In this document: piece after piece, positions 1 to 10,770 of the stretch
How positions within the stretch are numbered: position 1 is the first letter of the stretch
Layout: the number at the start of each line of letters is the position of its first letter
Assembly (NCBI GenBank): GCA_964600255.1
Contig: CAZRIX010000001.1
Span: 118,542-182,541, forward strand
Direction of reading: 5' to 3'
Length of the DNA stretch: 64,000 nucleotides
Origin: an uncultured Candidatus Saccharibacteria bacterium
GTDB lineage: Bacteria > Patescibacteriota > Minisyncoccia > Phycocordibacterales > PALSA-1337
Notes under the pieces: model-generated
The model's database searches: none
What the model saw: only the letters and a program-made list of their open reading frames with translations
What the model was told of the DNA's origin: nothing
Translations under genes and position numbers: made by a program

Positions 1-3
1 CAA

Positions 4-1719
4 ATGCATAAGAAAGTGGAGGATACGGTACCTGCACTAGCACCAGATGCTATAAGAATAATTCCTTTGGGTGGTGTAGAAGAGATTGGAAAGAACATGA
101 CTATGGTCGAATATGGAAATGATATCGTAATTATCGATATTGGTTTCCAATTCAAAGATGAGAATACACCAGGAATCGATTACATTCTACCTAATACAAA
201 GTATCTAGAAGAAAGAAAGGATAAAATTCGTGCAGTAATAATTACACACGGGCACTTGGATCACATAGGAGGTATTCCCTACGTAATGCCAAGAATCGGT
301 AATCCACCACTATATACCCGCATGCTCACATCAGTGATGGTGAAAAAGCGTCAGGAAGAATTCACACATGTTCCACCACTAGACATCAAGATTGTTGAAA
401 AGGATGAAACCATAACCTTGGGTTCACTGAAGGTGAAATTCTTTGCCGTAACTCACACAATACCAGATGCTATGGGAGTTGTTATACAAACACCTCATGG
501 TTCAATAGTACATACAGGTGACCTTAAACTTGATCACGTTGATGGAGTTCCTACAGAACCAGAGGTTGCTGAGTACGACCGTGTATTTAAAAACGAGAAG
601 GTGCTTCTACTTATGGCAGATTCTACAAATGTAGAGAATCCTGGCTTTTCTATTCCTGAAAAAACAGTTCACAAGAACATAGAGAACATAATTAGAGATA
701 CAAAGGGTCGTTTGATCATCGCCACATTCGCTTCCCTACTAGAAAGAATGTTGAAGATTATTGAGTACTCAGAGAAGTACGGTAAGAAGGTTGTCGTTGA
801 AGGTAGAAGCATGAAGACAAATATTGAAATTTGTATGAATCTTGGCCTACTTAAACCCAAGAAAGATACCCTTATCACAGTTGAACAAATCGATAGTTAT
901 CCACCAGACAAGATCGTCGTCCTAGCTACAGGTGCTCAAGGAGATGAATTCGCAGCTATGATGAGAATGTCCAACAAGACTCACAAGTACATCAAGATTA
1001 ACAAAAGAGATACTATTTTGCTTTCATCATCTATAGTTCCTGGAAACGAGAGAGCTGTGCAGAAATTGAAGGATAACCTTTCTAGACAGGGTGCAAGTAT
1101 TATCCACTACAGAATCGCTGACGTTCACTCATCTGGTCACGCCAATCACGATGAAACTGTGTGGATTCATAAAAAAGTTAATCCTAAGTTCTTTATTCCT
1201 GTTCACGGTTATCACTACATGCTACGCGTACACGGCGACATCGCTCGTGAAGCAAATGGCCTTTCTGAAGATAAGATTATCATCCCAGACAATGGTTCAG
1301 TTATAGAAATACAGAATGCAGGTGAAAAAATCGTAAAACTAAAGGAGAAAGCGCCTTCAGGTATCGTTATGGTGGATGGATTCTCAGTGGGAGATATTCA
1401 GGATGTAGTTATTCGTGATCGTCAGATGCTAGCTCAAGATGGAATCTTTATTGTATTTGCTATTATTGATTCAAGAACGGGCAAACTAAAGAAGTCACCA
1501 GACATCATCTCTCGTGGTTTCGTTTATCTACGTGAATCACAGGAACTTCTACACCACACTAGAATTATCATAAAGAATACTATCGAGGATTCAACAAAAG
1601 GAACAAATCCTCTAAATATAGACTTTGTTAAAACAAACATCAGTGACAATGTAAGTAAGTTCCTATTACAAAAAACTGCAAAGAGACCTATTGTTATACC
1701 TGTACTTCTAACTATATAA
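4..1719 (+). CDS. rnj: Ribonuclease J (metallo-beta-lactamase/beta-CASP); true start may lie upstream of the window
   Basis: PLGGVEEIGKNM N-terminal motif, THGHLDH metal motif, HTGD, VHSSGHA, PVHG, C-terminal RPIVIP. Confidence 0.95.
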   Translation: MHKKVEDTVPALAPDAIRIIPLGGVEEIGKNMTMVEYGNDIVIIDIGFQFKDENTPGIDYILPNTKYLEERKDKIRAVIITHGHLDHIGGIPYVMPRIGNPPLYTRMLTSVMVKKRQEEFTHVPPLDIKIVEKDETITLGSLKVKFFAVTHTIPDAMGVVIQTPHGSIVHTGDLKLDHVDGVPTEPEVAEYDRVFKNEKVLLLMADSTNVENPGFSIPEKTVHKNIENIIRDTKGRLIIATFASLLERMLKIIEYSEKYGKKVVVEGRSMKTNIEICMNLGLLKPKKDTLITVEQIDSYPPDKIVVLATGAQGDEFAAMMRMSNKTHKYIKINKRDTILLSSSIVPGNERAVQKLKDNLSRQGASIIHYRIADVHSSGHANHDETVWIHKKVNPKFFIPVHGYHYMLRVHGDIAREANGLSEDKIIIPDNGSVIEIQNAGEKIVKLKEKAPSGIVMVDGFSVGDIQDVVIRDRQMLAQDGIFIVFAIIDSRTGKLKKSPDIISRGFVYLRESQELLHHTRIIIKNTIEDSTKGTNPLNIDFVKTNISDNVSKFLLQKTAKRPIVIPVLLTI

Positions 1720-1755
1720 TTTTTTCCAAATGTTTTTAGTGTTATAATGATTCGA

Positions 1756-2940
1756 ATGAAACACAATTCGAATACAAAAACTACTAATAGCATTATAGCG
1801 TTATGTATTATTAGTTTTCTTACCGGAATACATCTAAGTCTTCCTGTTTACTTTAACTCAGGTTTTCTCTCAAACTTCATAGATGAAAGGACTATCAGTC
1901 TTGTATATTCGATAATATCTCTAGTTACGATATTGGGGTTATTGGCAATGCATACTATTTTAAAGAAGATAGGTGCTTTTCGTACAAGTATCGCTCTCAT
2001 ATTGATACAGATGACTGTATTCTATTACTTTATAAATACAAATGACATAAATGTTATTGTCCCGCTGTTTATAGTAGCGATGAGTATTGTAAGTCTGATC
2101 GTGTTTGCAAACGATATATTTATTCAAGAAAATACAGAAGTACATCACACTGGACGGGTTCGTGGTCTTGTTATGACGGCTTCAAATGCAGCCTGGATTC
2201 TGGGACCTCTACTTGCTGGTATTCTGGTCACAACAACTGATTCTATCGAGAACTACAAGGACATATACATTGCAGCATTTGCAATACTCTTACCCTTGCT
2301 CTATGTAGTCTTCAAGAATTTTCAGAATTTCAAGGACCCAAAGTATATTGAGATCTCTACAAGAGAGACCGTTATCAGAATTCTAAAGAATAAAGACATT
2401 AGTAAAATTTTCCTTGCTAATACTGTTCTGCAGTCATTTTATGCTTGGATGACGGTCTATGTGCCGATTTATCTTCACCAAACTATTGGCTTTGATTGGA
2501 AAGAGATTAGTATCATTCTAACAATCATGCTTATTCCTTTCGTATTAGTAGATATACCGCTAGGTAAGTTAGCAGATAAAAAGTGGGGTGAGAAAGAACT
2601 AATGATTACTGGTTTTGTAATTCTAGGTGTTTCAACAGTATGTCTAACACTACTTAGTGTAAAAAGTTTGGCAGCGTGGGCTACTATTCTATTTATTACC
2701 CGTATCGGTGCAGCTACGGCAGAGATAATGATTGAGACGTATTTCTTTAAAAAAATAGATGGTAGCGATCCTGAAATTCTAAGTTTGTTTAGAATCACTC
2801 GTCCCCTAGCATACTTCGTTGCGCCTGTGATTACGACAGTGGCTCTAGTATATACAACAGATCAGTATTTATTCGTAGTTTTTGGATTATTAGCCCTTTT
2901 GACAATATACCCTATTTCAACAATTAAGGATACAAATTAG
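1756..2940 (+). CDS. MFS transporter
   Basis: About 12 hydrophobic helices, GKLADKKWGEK loop motif; start placed at ATG 1756, 7 nt after TATAAT (ORF track start 1747). Confidence 0.85.
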   Translation: MKHNSNTKTTNSIIALCIISFLTGIHLSLPVYFNSGFLSNFIDERTISLVYSIISLVTILGLLAMHTILKKIGAFRTSIALILIQMTVFYYFINTNDINVIVPLFIVAMSIVSLIVFANDIFIQENTEVHHTGRVRGLVMTASNAAWILGPLLAGILVTTTDSIENYKDIYIAAFAILLPLLYVVFKNFQNFKDPKYIEISTRETVIRILKNKDISKIFLANTVLQSFYAWMTVYVPIYLHQTIGFDWKEISIILTIMLIPFVLVDIPLGKLADKKWGEKELMITGFVILGVSTVCLTLLSVKSLAAWATILFITRIGAATAEIMIETYFFKKIDGSDPEILSLFRITRPLAYFVAPVITTVALVYTTDQYLFVVFGLLALLTIYPISTIKDTN

Positions 2941-2976
2941 TCTTAATGATTCCGATTGTAAGCTTTTTCACATATT

Positions 2977-3005
2977 TTGCATTCCCCTGCCAATTCATAT
3001 ATAAT
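2977..3005 (+). promoter_or_regulatory. Sigma70-type promoter of eno
   Basis: TTGCAT (2977-2982), 17-nt spacer, TATAAT (3000-3005). Confidence 0.65.
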
Positions 3006-3026
3006 TCGCGTACAAATTATTAATAA

Positions 3027-4334
<1,308 letters not shown>

Positions 4335-4351
4335 TTAATCATTTAGATATA

Positions 4352-4486
4352 GAAAAAGAGTGGTAGTGATATCCTAGGACATTTCGACGATTCAGCAGAA
4401 TCGCGCTTGGCGCACTGCGAGCTGAGAACTAGGAAATTCTTAGTAAAGAATTTCCGTGTCCGTAGATATCATTACCACTCTTTTTC
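4352..4486. repeat. 135-bp nested palindromic element, probably also a bidirectional terminator
   Basis: 30-nt arms 4352-4381 and 4457-4486 are near-perfect inverted repeats; internal hairpins CGATTC-AGCA-GAATCG (4388-4403), GCGC-TTG-GCGC (4403-4413) and GGAAATTCTT-AGTA-AAGAATTTCC (4432-4455). Confidence 0.85.
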
Positions 4487-4505
4487 ATTAACCTAACCCC
4501 CACCA

Positions 4506-4562
4506 TTATGCTTGTGGAGCAGGTGGTACTGGAGGTGTTGGTGCCTTTGGTCCCTTTGTCAT
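4506..4562 (-). CDS. Putative 18-aa proline-rich small protein MTKGPKAPTPPVPPAPQA
   Basis: ATG at 4562 to TAA at 4506, A/T-ending codons, upstream TGTATAAT (4602-4609) and a 5' hairpin at 4573-4594; alternative in-frame ATG at 4640. Confidence 0.35.
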   Translation of the reverse strand: MTKGPKAPTPPVPPAPQA

Positions 4563-4714
4563 ATAATATTTTCTCAGGTTGATTAGCTCCTGAGTCACCA
4601 AATTATACAATCGATTCAAGTGCCTCCACTTTTCCCTCATTACTTTGACATAGCGTCAAAAGCTTGGGTGAAAAGACTATGAAAAATGGCACTCCCTCGC
4701 CATGGTCTAATATT

Positions 4715-4750
4715 TAGCAAAATTACACCACTTGGGTGTAATTTTGGCTA
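4715..4750 (-). terminator. Hairpin downstream of gpmA, probable terminator
   Basis: AAAATTACACC-ACTTG-GGTGTAATTTT inverted repeat just past the gpmA stop. Confidence 0.6.
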
Positions 4751-4767
4751 TATTTTATTATGTCTAA

Positions 4768-5481
4768 TTAAAGAGGCTGCTCGGTACCGTCACTTAGTAG
4801 ATAATATCTCTTAAGTGGCTTCAGATTCTCATCTAATTCGTAGATCAATGGCACAGCATTCTTGATCTCAATACCAACAATCTCATCATCGCTTATTCCA
4901 TCAATATGCTTCACCATAGCACGGATACTGTTGTTACTTGCTGAGATTATGACTTTCTTGCCACTCTTTATCATTGGAACGATATCTGAGTTCCAGTAAG
5001 GCATTACTCGCTTTATAGTATCTTCTAGTGATTCACCTAGTGGTAGATCATTTGGATCTAAGTCTTTGTACTTTGGATCAAAACCAGGATATCTAGGATC
5101 ATCCTTGGTTAGCTGCAATGGCTTGTCAGCAAAACTTCTTCTCCACTTGTGAACCTGTTCTGGAGAATATTGAGCAGCAATATCAGTATGTTTTTGTTCC
5201 TGAAGAGCACCATAGTGTCTTTCATTCAATCTCCAAGAATAGTTTGTTTGAATATCTGAAGACCCTAATTCACCAAGTACAGTACTTAATGTATTCTTTG
5301 CTCGTTTTAATACTGAACAAAAAGCCACATCGAATTTTAGTCCGGCATTCTTTAGACTTTGTCCGGCGAGCTTTGCTTCCTCAACACCTTTATCTGTTAA
5401 TTCAACGTCCGTCCAACCACAAAATTTCTTTTCTAAATTGTATGCAGTCTGTCCGTGTCTTATTATTACTAATTTATACAT
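4768..5481 (-). CDS. gpmA: 2,3-bisphosphoglycerate-dependent phosphoglycerate mutase
   Basis: LVIIRHGQ, FCGWTDV, WRLNERHYGALQ, WRRS, GESLEDT; the second His motif is altered (SASNNS). Confidence 0.9.
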   Translation of the reverse strand: MYKLVIIRHGQTAYNLEKKFCGWTDVELTDKGVEEAKLAGQSLKNAGLKFDVAFCSVLKRAKNTLSTVLGELGSSDIQTNYSWRLNERHYGALQEQKHTDIAAQYSPEQVHKWRRSFADKPLQLTKDDPRYPGFDPKYKDLDPNDLPLGESLEDTIKRVMPYWNSDIVPMIKSGKKVIISASNNSIRAMVKHIDGISDDEIVGIEIKNAVPLIYELDENLKPLKRYYLLSDGTEQPL

Positions 5482-5505
5482 AGGCACACATTATACACGA
5501 AAACA

Positions 5506-6777
5506 TTATTCCCTTCTACTTTTTATTGTTGAGATAATCAATCTAATATACTTTATCAAAAGGATAATAAATGTAGTACAGAATAGTCCCAACCCTATAC
5601 CAGCAAATACATCCGACATCCAATGTACACCGAGATACACTCGACTAAATGAAACAAGGAGAGAAAGAATGACACAAATCACAATCAACACCTCTCTTAA
5701 AACAAGTGATTTGATCTTGATAACAATGAAGTAGATCAGTAGTGTAAAAAATATTGTCGCTGCTACAGCATGCCCACTAGGAAAGCTATATCCTGACTGT
5801 AAAATAAAGGCATTCTCAGGTCTTAAGCGCATTACTAAGTTTTTTATTATGAAAGTAGATAAATACCCAGTACCTAGAGAAAAGACCGTCACGATCGCAA
5901 ACGTATAACTTTTATGACGAATAAAATATATAAAGCCAGCCAAACCCAATACAGTTAGGTAGGTCGGACTCAAGATATTTGTCACAAGATTCATAAACCA
6001 AAGTAATGCTGGTGAGTTGTGAATTGTGAAATATGCATTGACGAATAAGTCGAGCTGTAATAGAAAAACTTTGTCAGTTAGCGCGTCTTGAATAGTTTTA
6101 AAGAATAAATAAAGACCAAATATGTTTAGAATCAAAGTGATAATTTCATACTTAGCAAAAATATGAAACTGCTTATTTATCAATCTATAACCCCAGGCCA
6201 TAAGTATTCCAAATACGATTACCAATACAATATATTTACCGAGTAAGGCAGATATCGTATCGTAACTTGCACCAAAAACATATCCAGCCAGCACAGCTGA
6301 AGTAGCCCATAAAACCGCACCCAAAGAATCATATATCCAAAACTTTCTTGAACTAACCCCACTAGCACCGACCACGAAAGGTGTGAGTGAACGAGTCATT
6401 GGACTGAATCTTCCAATAATAATAGTTTTTACACTATTGTCCTGTATGACTTTTCTAGGTTTATCTATGTACTCAGGTTTGATATAGCACAATGATCCAA
6501 ACCTGTACAAGAGTTCTATACCGAATTTCTTACCCAATAGATAACCTAGATAGTCCCCTAGAACCGCACATATCACAACTATTGGCAAAACTACCCTCAA
6601 ACTGAAAACATCAATTTTCGAAAGAAAACCAGCAATAATAACAATGGTTTGTCCCGGCACAAACTGACCTACAAGCGGCAATCCTTCCAATATCGTAGTT
6701 AGAGAAATAAACAAATAGCCACCGTGTTCCACCAGCATGTGCAAGTTATGTCCTATATAGTTGAATACTTGGAACAT
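5506..6777 (-). CDS. DedA family / PAP2 phosphatase fusion membrane protein
   Basis: N-terminal DedA (LEGLPLVGQFVPG, GDYLGYLLG, IIGRF), C-terminal PAP2 (KNLVMRLRP, SFPSGHA, SRVYLGVHWMSDV); start placed at ATG 6777. Confidence 0.88.
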   Translation of the reverse strand: MFQVFNYIGHNLHMLVEHGGYLFISLTTILEGLPLVGQFVPGQTIVIIAGFLSKIDVFSLRVVLPIVVICAVLGDYLGYLLGKKFGIELLYRFGSLCYIKPEYIDKPRKVIQDNSVKTIIIGRFSPMTRSLTPFVVGASGVSSRKFWIYDSLGAVLWATSAVLAGYVFGASYDTISALLGKYIVLVIVFGILMAWGYRLINKQFHIFAKYEIITLILNIFGLYLFFKTIQDALTDKVFLLQLDLFVNAYFTIHNSPALLWFMNLVTNILSPTYLTVLGLAGFIYFIRHKSYTFAIVTVFSLGTGYLSTFIIKNLVMRLRPENAFILQSGYSFPSGHAVAATIFFTLLIYFIVIKIKSLVLREVLIVICVILSLLVSFSRVYLGVHWMSDVFAGIGLGLFCTTFIILLIKYIRLIISTIKSRRE

Positions 6778-6894
6778 GTTGTTTAAATTAAACCGTATTA
6801 TACCACAACCAGTATTAAATTCTGATAAATTTTTTATCGTTGATTTCCACAAAGAATACGTGGATAAAAACATAATTCAGTCTATAATCGACAC

Positions 6895-7566
6895 ATGAAA
6901 ATATTATTAATCGAAGACGACATTGATGTATCGTTCTTTATTAAAATGGGTCTTCAAAATGATGGTATTGTTGTGGATATAGCAAAAGACGGAGCTAGTG
7001 GTTCATTTATGTCCAGGACAAACCATTACGATGTTATGGTAATAGATTATTCTCTACCTATCAAAGACGGGCTCTCTATATGTGAGGAGATACGTGCATC
7101 ACAGATTGACACACCTATAATCTTTCTCACTGTACATACAGACACAAGGAAAAAGGTTCGAGCTCTTGAAAAGGGTGCTGATGACTATATGACCAAGCCA
7201 TTTGCGCTCGAAGAATTGAAAGCAAGGTTATTTGCATTAAAGCGGAGACCTCACCAAATCGAAAGCACCATACTAACGGTAGACGATCTAGTGGTAGACA
7301 CATACAAAAGAACTGTAAAAAGAAATGGTAAACAAATATACCTAACAAGGAAGACTTATGATCTATTGGAACACCTTATGAGAAACAAGGGTATTGTTCT
7401 TTCAAGAGGAAATATAATGGAGTATGTTTGGAACTCAGATAGTGATCCATTTTCAAATACAGTAGAGTCGCACATATCGAGTCTTCGAAAGAAGATAAAT
7501 ATTGATGGTAAAAAAGATATCCTCAAGAATCTACCAGGTAGGGGCTATATAATTATTGATTCTTAA
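6895..7566 (+). CDS. OmpR/PhoB-family response regulator
   Basis: KILLIEDD receiver, GADDYMTKPF, winged-helix VESHISSLRKK...PGRGY. Confidence 0.92.
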   Translation: MKILLIEDDIDVSFFIKMGLQNDGIVVDIAKDGASGSFMSRTNHYDVMVIDYSLPIKDGLSICEEIRASQIDTPIIFLTVHTDTRKKVRALEKGADDYMTKPFALEELKARLFALKRRPHQIESTILTVDDLVVDTYKRTVKRNGKQIYLTRKTYDLLEHLMRNKGIVLSRGNIMEYVWNSDSDPFSNTVESHISSLRKKINIDGKKDILKNLPGRGYIIIDS

Positions 7567-9805
7567 ACTTTCCTTCCTGTATTTGCTTTATATATGCATC
7601 AGTCTGAGCTTTAATTGCTGGGAACTTATTACCAGCCTTTTTCAATGTCTCAATAGCCAAACTATCCTGACCGTTTAAGATGTATGCATATGCTAGAGGT
7701 GAATATGCTTCCATGTTCTCTGGGTCTTTGTTTATCAGTGCTTGATACCCCGCTATTGCCTTTGAGTACTTCTTTGCAAACATGTATGCGTTTATTACCT
7801 TTGGATCAAAGAATATTTCCTTATCATCAGGGAAAGTCTTTATGGCCTCTGCTTCATTGTTTGTTGAAATGAGAGCGGCAACGTAGTTGGTTTTTGCGAC
7901 TATATTTTCTGGAGCGGATTCATATGCCTGCTTCATTATCTGAAGCCCTTCTGTTGTACTGCCAACGTTCATATAGTTACTAGCCAATTCATACATTATT
8001 GTCTGCTTTCCAGGAGATAGTTTGGCTGCCTTCTCAAGTAGTGGAGTTGCACTCTTTAGATCGCCTATTGAATTGTAGAATGTTCCAGCGAGGATATATA
8101 TACGTGCATCATTTGGTACATCTGCTATATGCTTCTCGATCTCTTGCTTGGCTAGACCATAGAATTCCATCTTGGTATCAAGAGGTATTGATTGGTTATT
8201 TATTACACCAGTAGCACATGAAAGAAACTGTTCCCTAGACTCTTGGTTTGAGAGAGTAAGATCATATCCGACAGCTTTTTTGAAAGGTTCAATAGATAAT
8301 GTCTTGCTACTACCACAACTTCTTAACCCATTTATCAAAGCTTTGTTTGCTAGTATTGGTCTCACATTTATAAAGTAAACAGATACAAGAAATACTATTA
8401 CCATAATAGGCAGGAATAGATAATCTCTCAAAACAATTTGATCATCAGTAGGCTTCTGATCCGCATTTCTAATCAGCATACAATCACTACCTTTTCTTAA
8501 ATTCTTTATGAAAGCGAGTACAATGAAGAACATTACATAACTAGTTTGGTTATCAAAAACGAATATATTGTGTACACCATATCCGACTAGTAAACCTACA
8601 AATGCCGCTTTCTGTCCTACAGTAAGGTCACTTTTGAATATAAAGATGAATGACAATAAATATAGGGACAAGTATGATAGTAAACCAAGTAAACCTCCAG
8701 CAATTAACCAGTCCAAATAGACGTTGTGTGCTCGGTCGAACCATTGTTCGTGCGCGTACATCTTTGGATTATAGTGTGAGTTGAATATGTAGTTGAAATT
8801 CTCTTGACCCACTCCAATAATGGCTGTTTTTGGTGTTTCAAATATACCCTTCACTGCCATTGGCCATATAAATCCTCTAGCCTGAGTCTTAGTATCTGAA
8901 ATTGAAATATTTGCCAATCTACTCAACACCTTGTTTGACTGTATCCATTTTGCATCTCGGTTTGAATAGAATAGTACACCAACAATCAAAATCAATATTA
9001 TCGCACCGCCAGCAAGTCCTCTAGTTAAATTTGATTGGCCATTCTCCTTTCTACCAAAGATCGCGTAGAATGCTGCAAATACAATGAGAGCTGCTACCCA
9101 ACCCAACATACTTCCTCTAGTAGCTGTTTGAAATAGAATGAATGAAAAGAATGCAAAAGATGCAGTATATAGAGTTGTATAAACCACTCTAGTTGGATGG
9201 AACTTTGTAATAGCCAAATACAGAGCAATAAATGCGTTGATAAGCATATATACAGCCATATATGCTGAGTTTCCCAATGATGCATCAACTCTATCTCCTT
9301 GATGTGTTGGTGATACTCCGAAAAACTGTAACAGTCCATAGAAAGCAACAATTAGTCCGGATACTAGTACAACATTAAAGAAGTTATCCCAACTTTTTCG
9401 TGTTGTAAGAACTGAACTAATCACCATAAAGAAAGCCCATAGGTGCGCTATCATGATCCATCCCTCCATTCTCTCGAAGTTAGACCAAATACTCCTTAAT
9501 GGATTCAAGCCGAACAAATCTGCTACCAGAGCAATGAATGCTAGTACCGTTATAGATATAGTAATTGGATTGATCCTAGGCGCAACACTTCTATCGGTAC
9601 CGACTACCGTAGTTCCCTTTTCCCTAAGTATCAAAACAATCCATAGCACAAACAAAATCTCAACAATTATTCTGAATGCAAATGCCTTTCCAGTTATAAA
9701 TGGAAAGAATAGTGAATTACTAACATACAATGGGATAAGGGTGATTAAAGCGAGTCCGGAAATAATAATATTCTTTATTGTATTGTTGATTGTAATGTTG
9801 TTCAT
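7553..9805 (-). CDS. O-antigen ligase family (Wzy_C) membrane protein with C-terminal TPR repeats
   Basis: Multi-TM, SLGNSAYMA, TATRGS, GVGQENF, DRAHNVYLD; helical TPR-like C-terminus. Confidence 0.85.
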   Translation of the reverse strand: MNNITINNTIKNIIISGLALITLIPLYVSNSLFFPFITGKAFAFRIIVEILFVLWIVLILREKGTTVVGTDRSVAPRINPITISITVLAFIALVADLFGLNPLRSIWSNFERMEGWIMIAHLWAFFMVISSVLTTRKSWDNFFNVVLVSGLIVAFYGLLQFFGVSPTHQGDRVDASLGNSAYMAVYMLINAFIALYLAITKFHPTRVVYTTLYTASFAFFSFILFQTATRGSMLGWVAALIVFAAFYAIFGRKENGQSNLTRGLAGGAIILILIVGVLFYSNRDAKWIQSNKVLSRLANISISDTKTQARGFIWPMAVKGIFETPKTAIIGVGQENFNYIFNSHYNPKMYAHEQWFDRAHNVYLDWLIAGGLLGLLSYLSLYLLSFIFIFKSDLTVGQKAAFVGLLVGYGVHNIFVFDNQTSYVMFFIVLAFIKNLRKGSDCMLIRNADQKPTDDQIVLRDYLFLPIMVIVFLVSVYFINVRPILANKALINGLRSCGSSKTLSIEPFKKAVGYDLTLSNQESREQFLSCATGVINNQSIPLDTKMEFYGLAKQEIEKHIADVPNDARIYILAGTFYNSIGDLKSATPLLEKAAKLSPGKQTIMYELASNYMNVGSTTEGLQIMKQAYESAPENIVAKTNYVAALISTNNEAEAIKTFPDDKEIFFDPKVINAYMFAKKYSKAIAGYQALINKDPENMEAYSPLAYAYILNGQDSLAIETLKKAGNKFPAIKAQTDAYIKQIQEGKFKNQ

Positions 9806-9935
9806 AGTAACGAGATAATAACACAGAATAACTTTGTTTTCTATTTATAATATTGCAATTCGTGTTGTGGTTTTACTCTGGTGGTAAATTACAATGATAA
9901 ATGATAAAATCCTATGACAAATAACAAACATCTGT

Positions 9936-10769
9936 ATGAACTCCCCAAGTAATGTACTAACTATCATAAGACCGAAAAAGTTATTCTCTGTCAAGGATAT
10001 TACCGAGGTATGGAAATATAGGGAGCTATTATTCTTTTTCACGTGGAGAGATCTTAAGGTTAGATACAAGCAAACAATGATTGGAGCTGGCTGGGCCATT
10101 TTTCAACCATTCATTACGATGGTTGTATTTTCAATATTTTTTGGAGGACTGGCAAAAATACCATCGGATGGAGTACCTTATCCAATCTTCGTATATGTCG
10201 GTTTGATATTCTGGCAATTTTTTTCTTCTGCACTATCAGATACAAGTAATACACTGATAAGTAACCAGGCTATCATTACAAAAGTATATTTTCCGAGATT
10301 GATCTTACCTATAGCTTCTGTCATGACAAAGATAGTGGATTTCTTGATAGCGTCCATCATACTTGTTGGTCTAATGATCTACTACCAGTACCTACCAAAT
10401 CTATACGGTCTACTATTACTACCTGTACTTCTACTTATAAGTTTTATGAGTGCAGTTGGTGGGGGTCTGTTTCTAGCAGCAATCAATGTGAAGTACCGTG
10501 ATGTTAGATACGCTCTTCCCTTTTTAATTCAGATAATGCTATTCCTAACTCCAGTTATATATCCAGCAAGTATTGCAGGTAAGTATTCAAAGATACTTGC
10601 TCTAAACCCAATGATGGGTGTAATACAGAACGCCAGAGCAGCACTATTGGGTACAACTCCTATAAACTGGACATTGATCCTAATATCAGTTGTTGCTTCA
10701 GCCGTACTTTTGATTGTGGGTGTATACGTATTTAAAAAAGTCGAGAGATATTTCGCAGATATTATATAA
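9936..10769 (+). CDS. wzm: Polysaccharide ABC transporter permease (Wzm/RfbA-like)
   Basis: RDLKVRYKQT, KVYFPR, YRDV, FLTPVIYP, LNPM. Confidence 0.92.
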   Translation: MNSPSNVLTIIRPKKLFSVKDITEVWKYRELLFFFTWRDLKVRYKQTMIGAGWAIFQPFITMVVFSIFFGGLAKIPSDGVPYPIFVYVGLIFWQFFSSALSDTSNTLISNQAIITKVYFPRLILPIASVMTKIVDFLIASIILVGLMIYYQYLPNLYGLLLLPVLLLISFMSAVGGGLFLAAINVKYRDVRYALPFLIQIMLFLTPVIYPASIAGKYSKILALNPMMGVIQNARAALLGTTPINWTLILISVVASAVLLIVGVYVFKKVERYFADII

Positions 10770-10770
10770 C

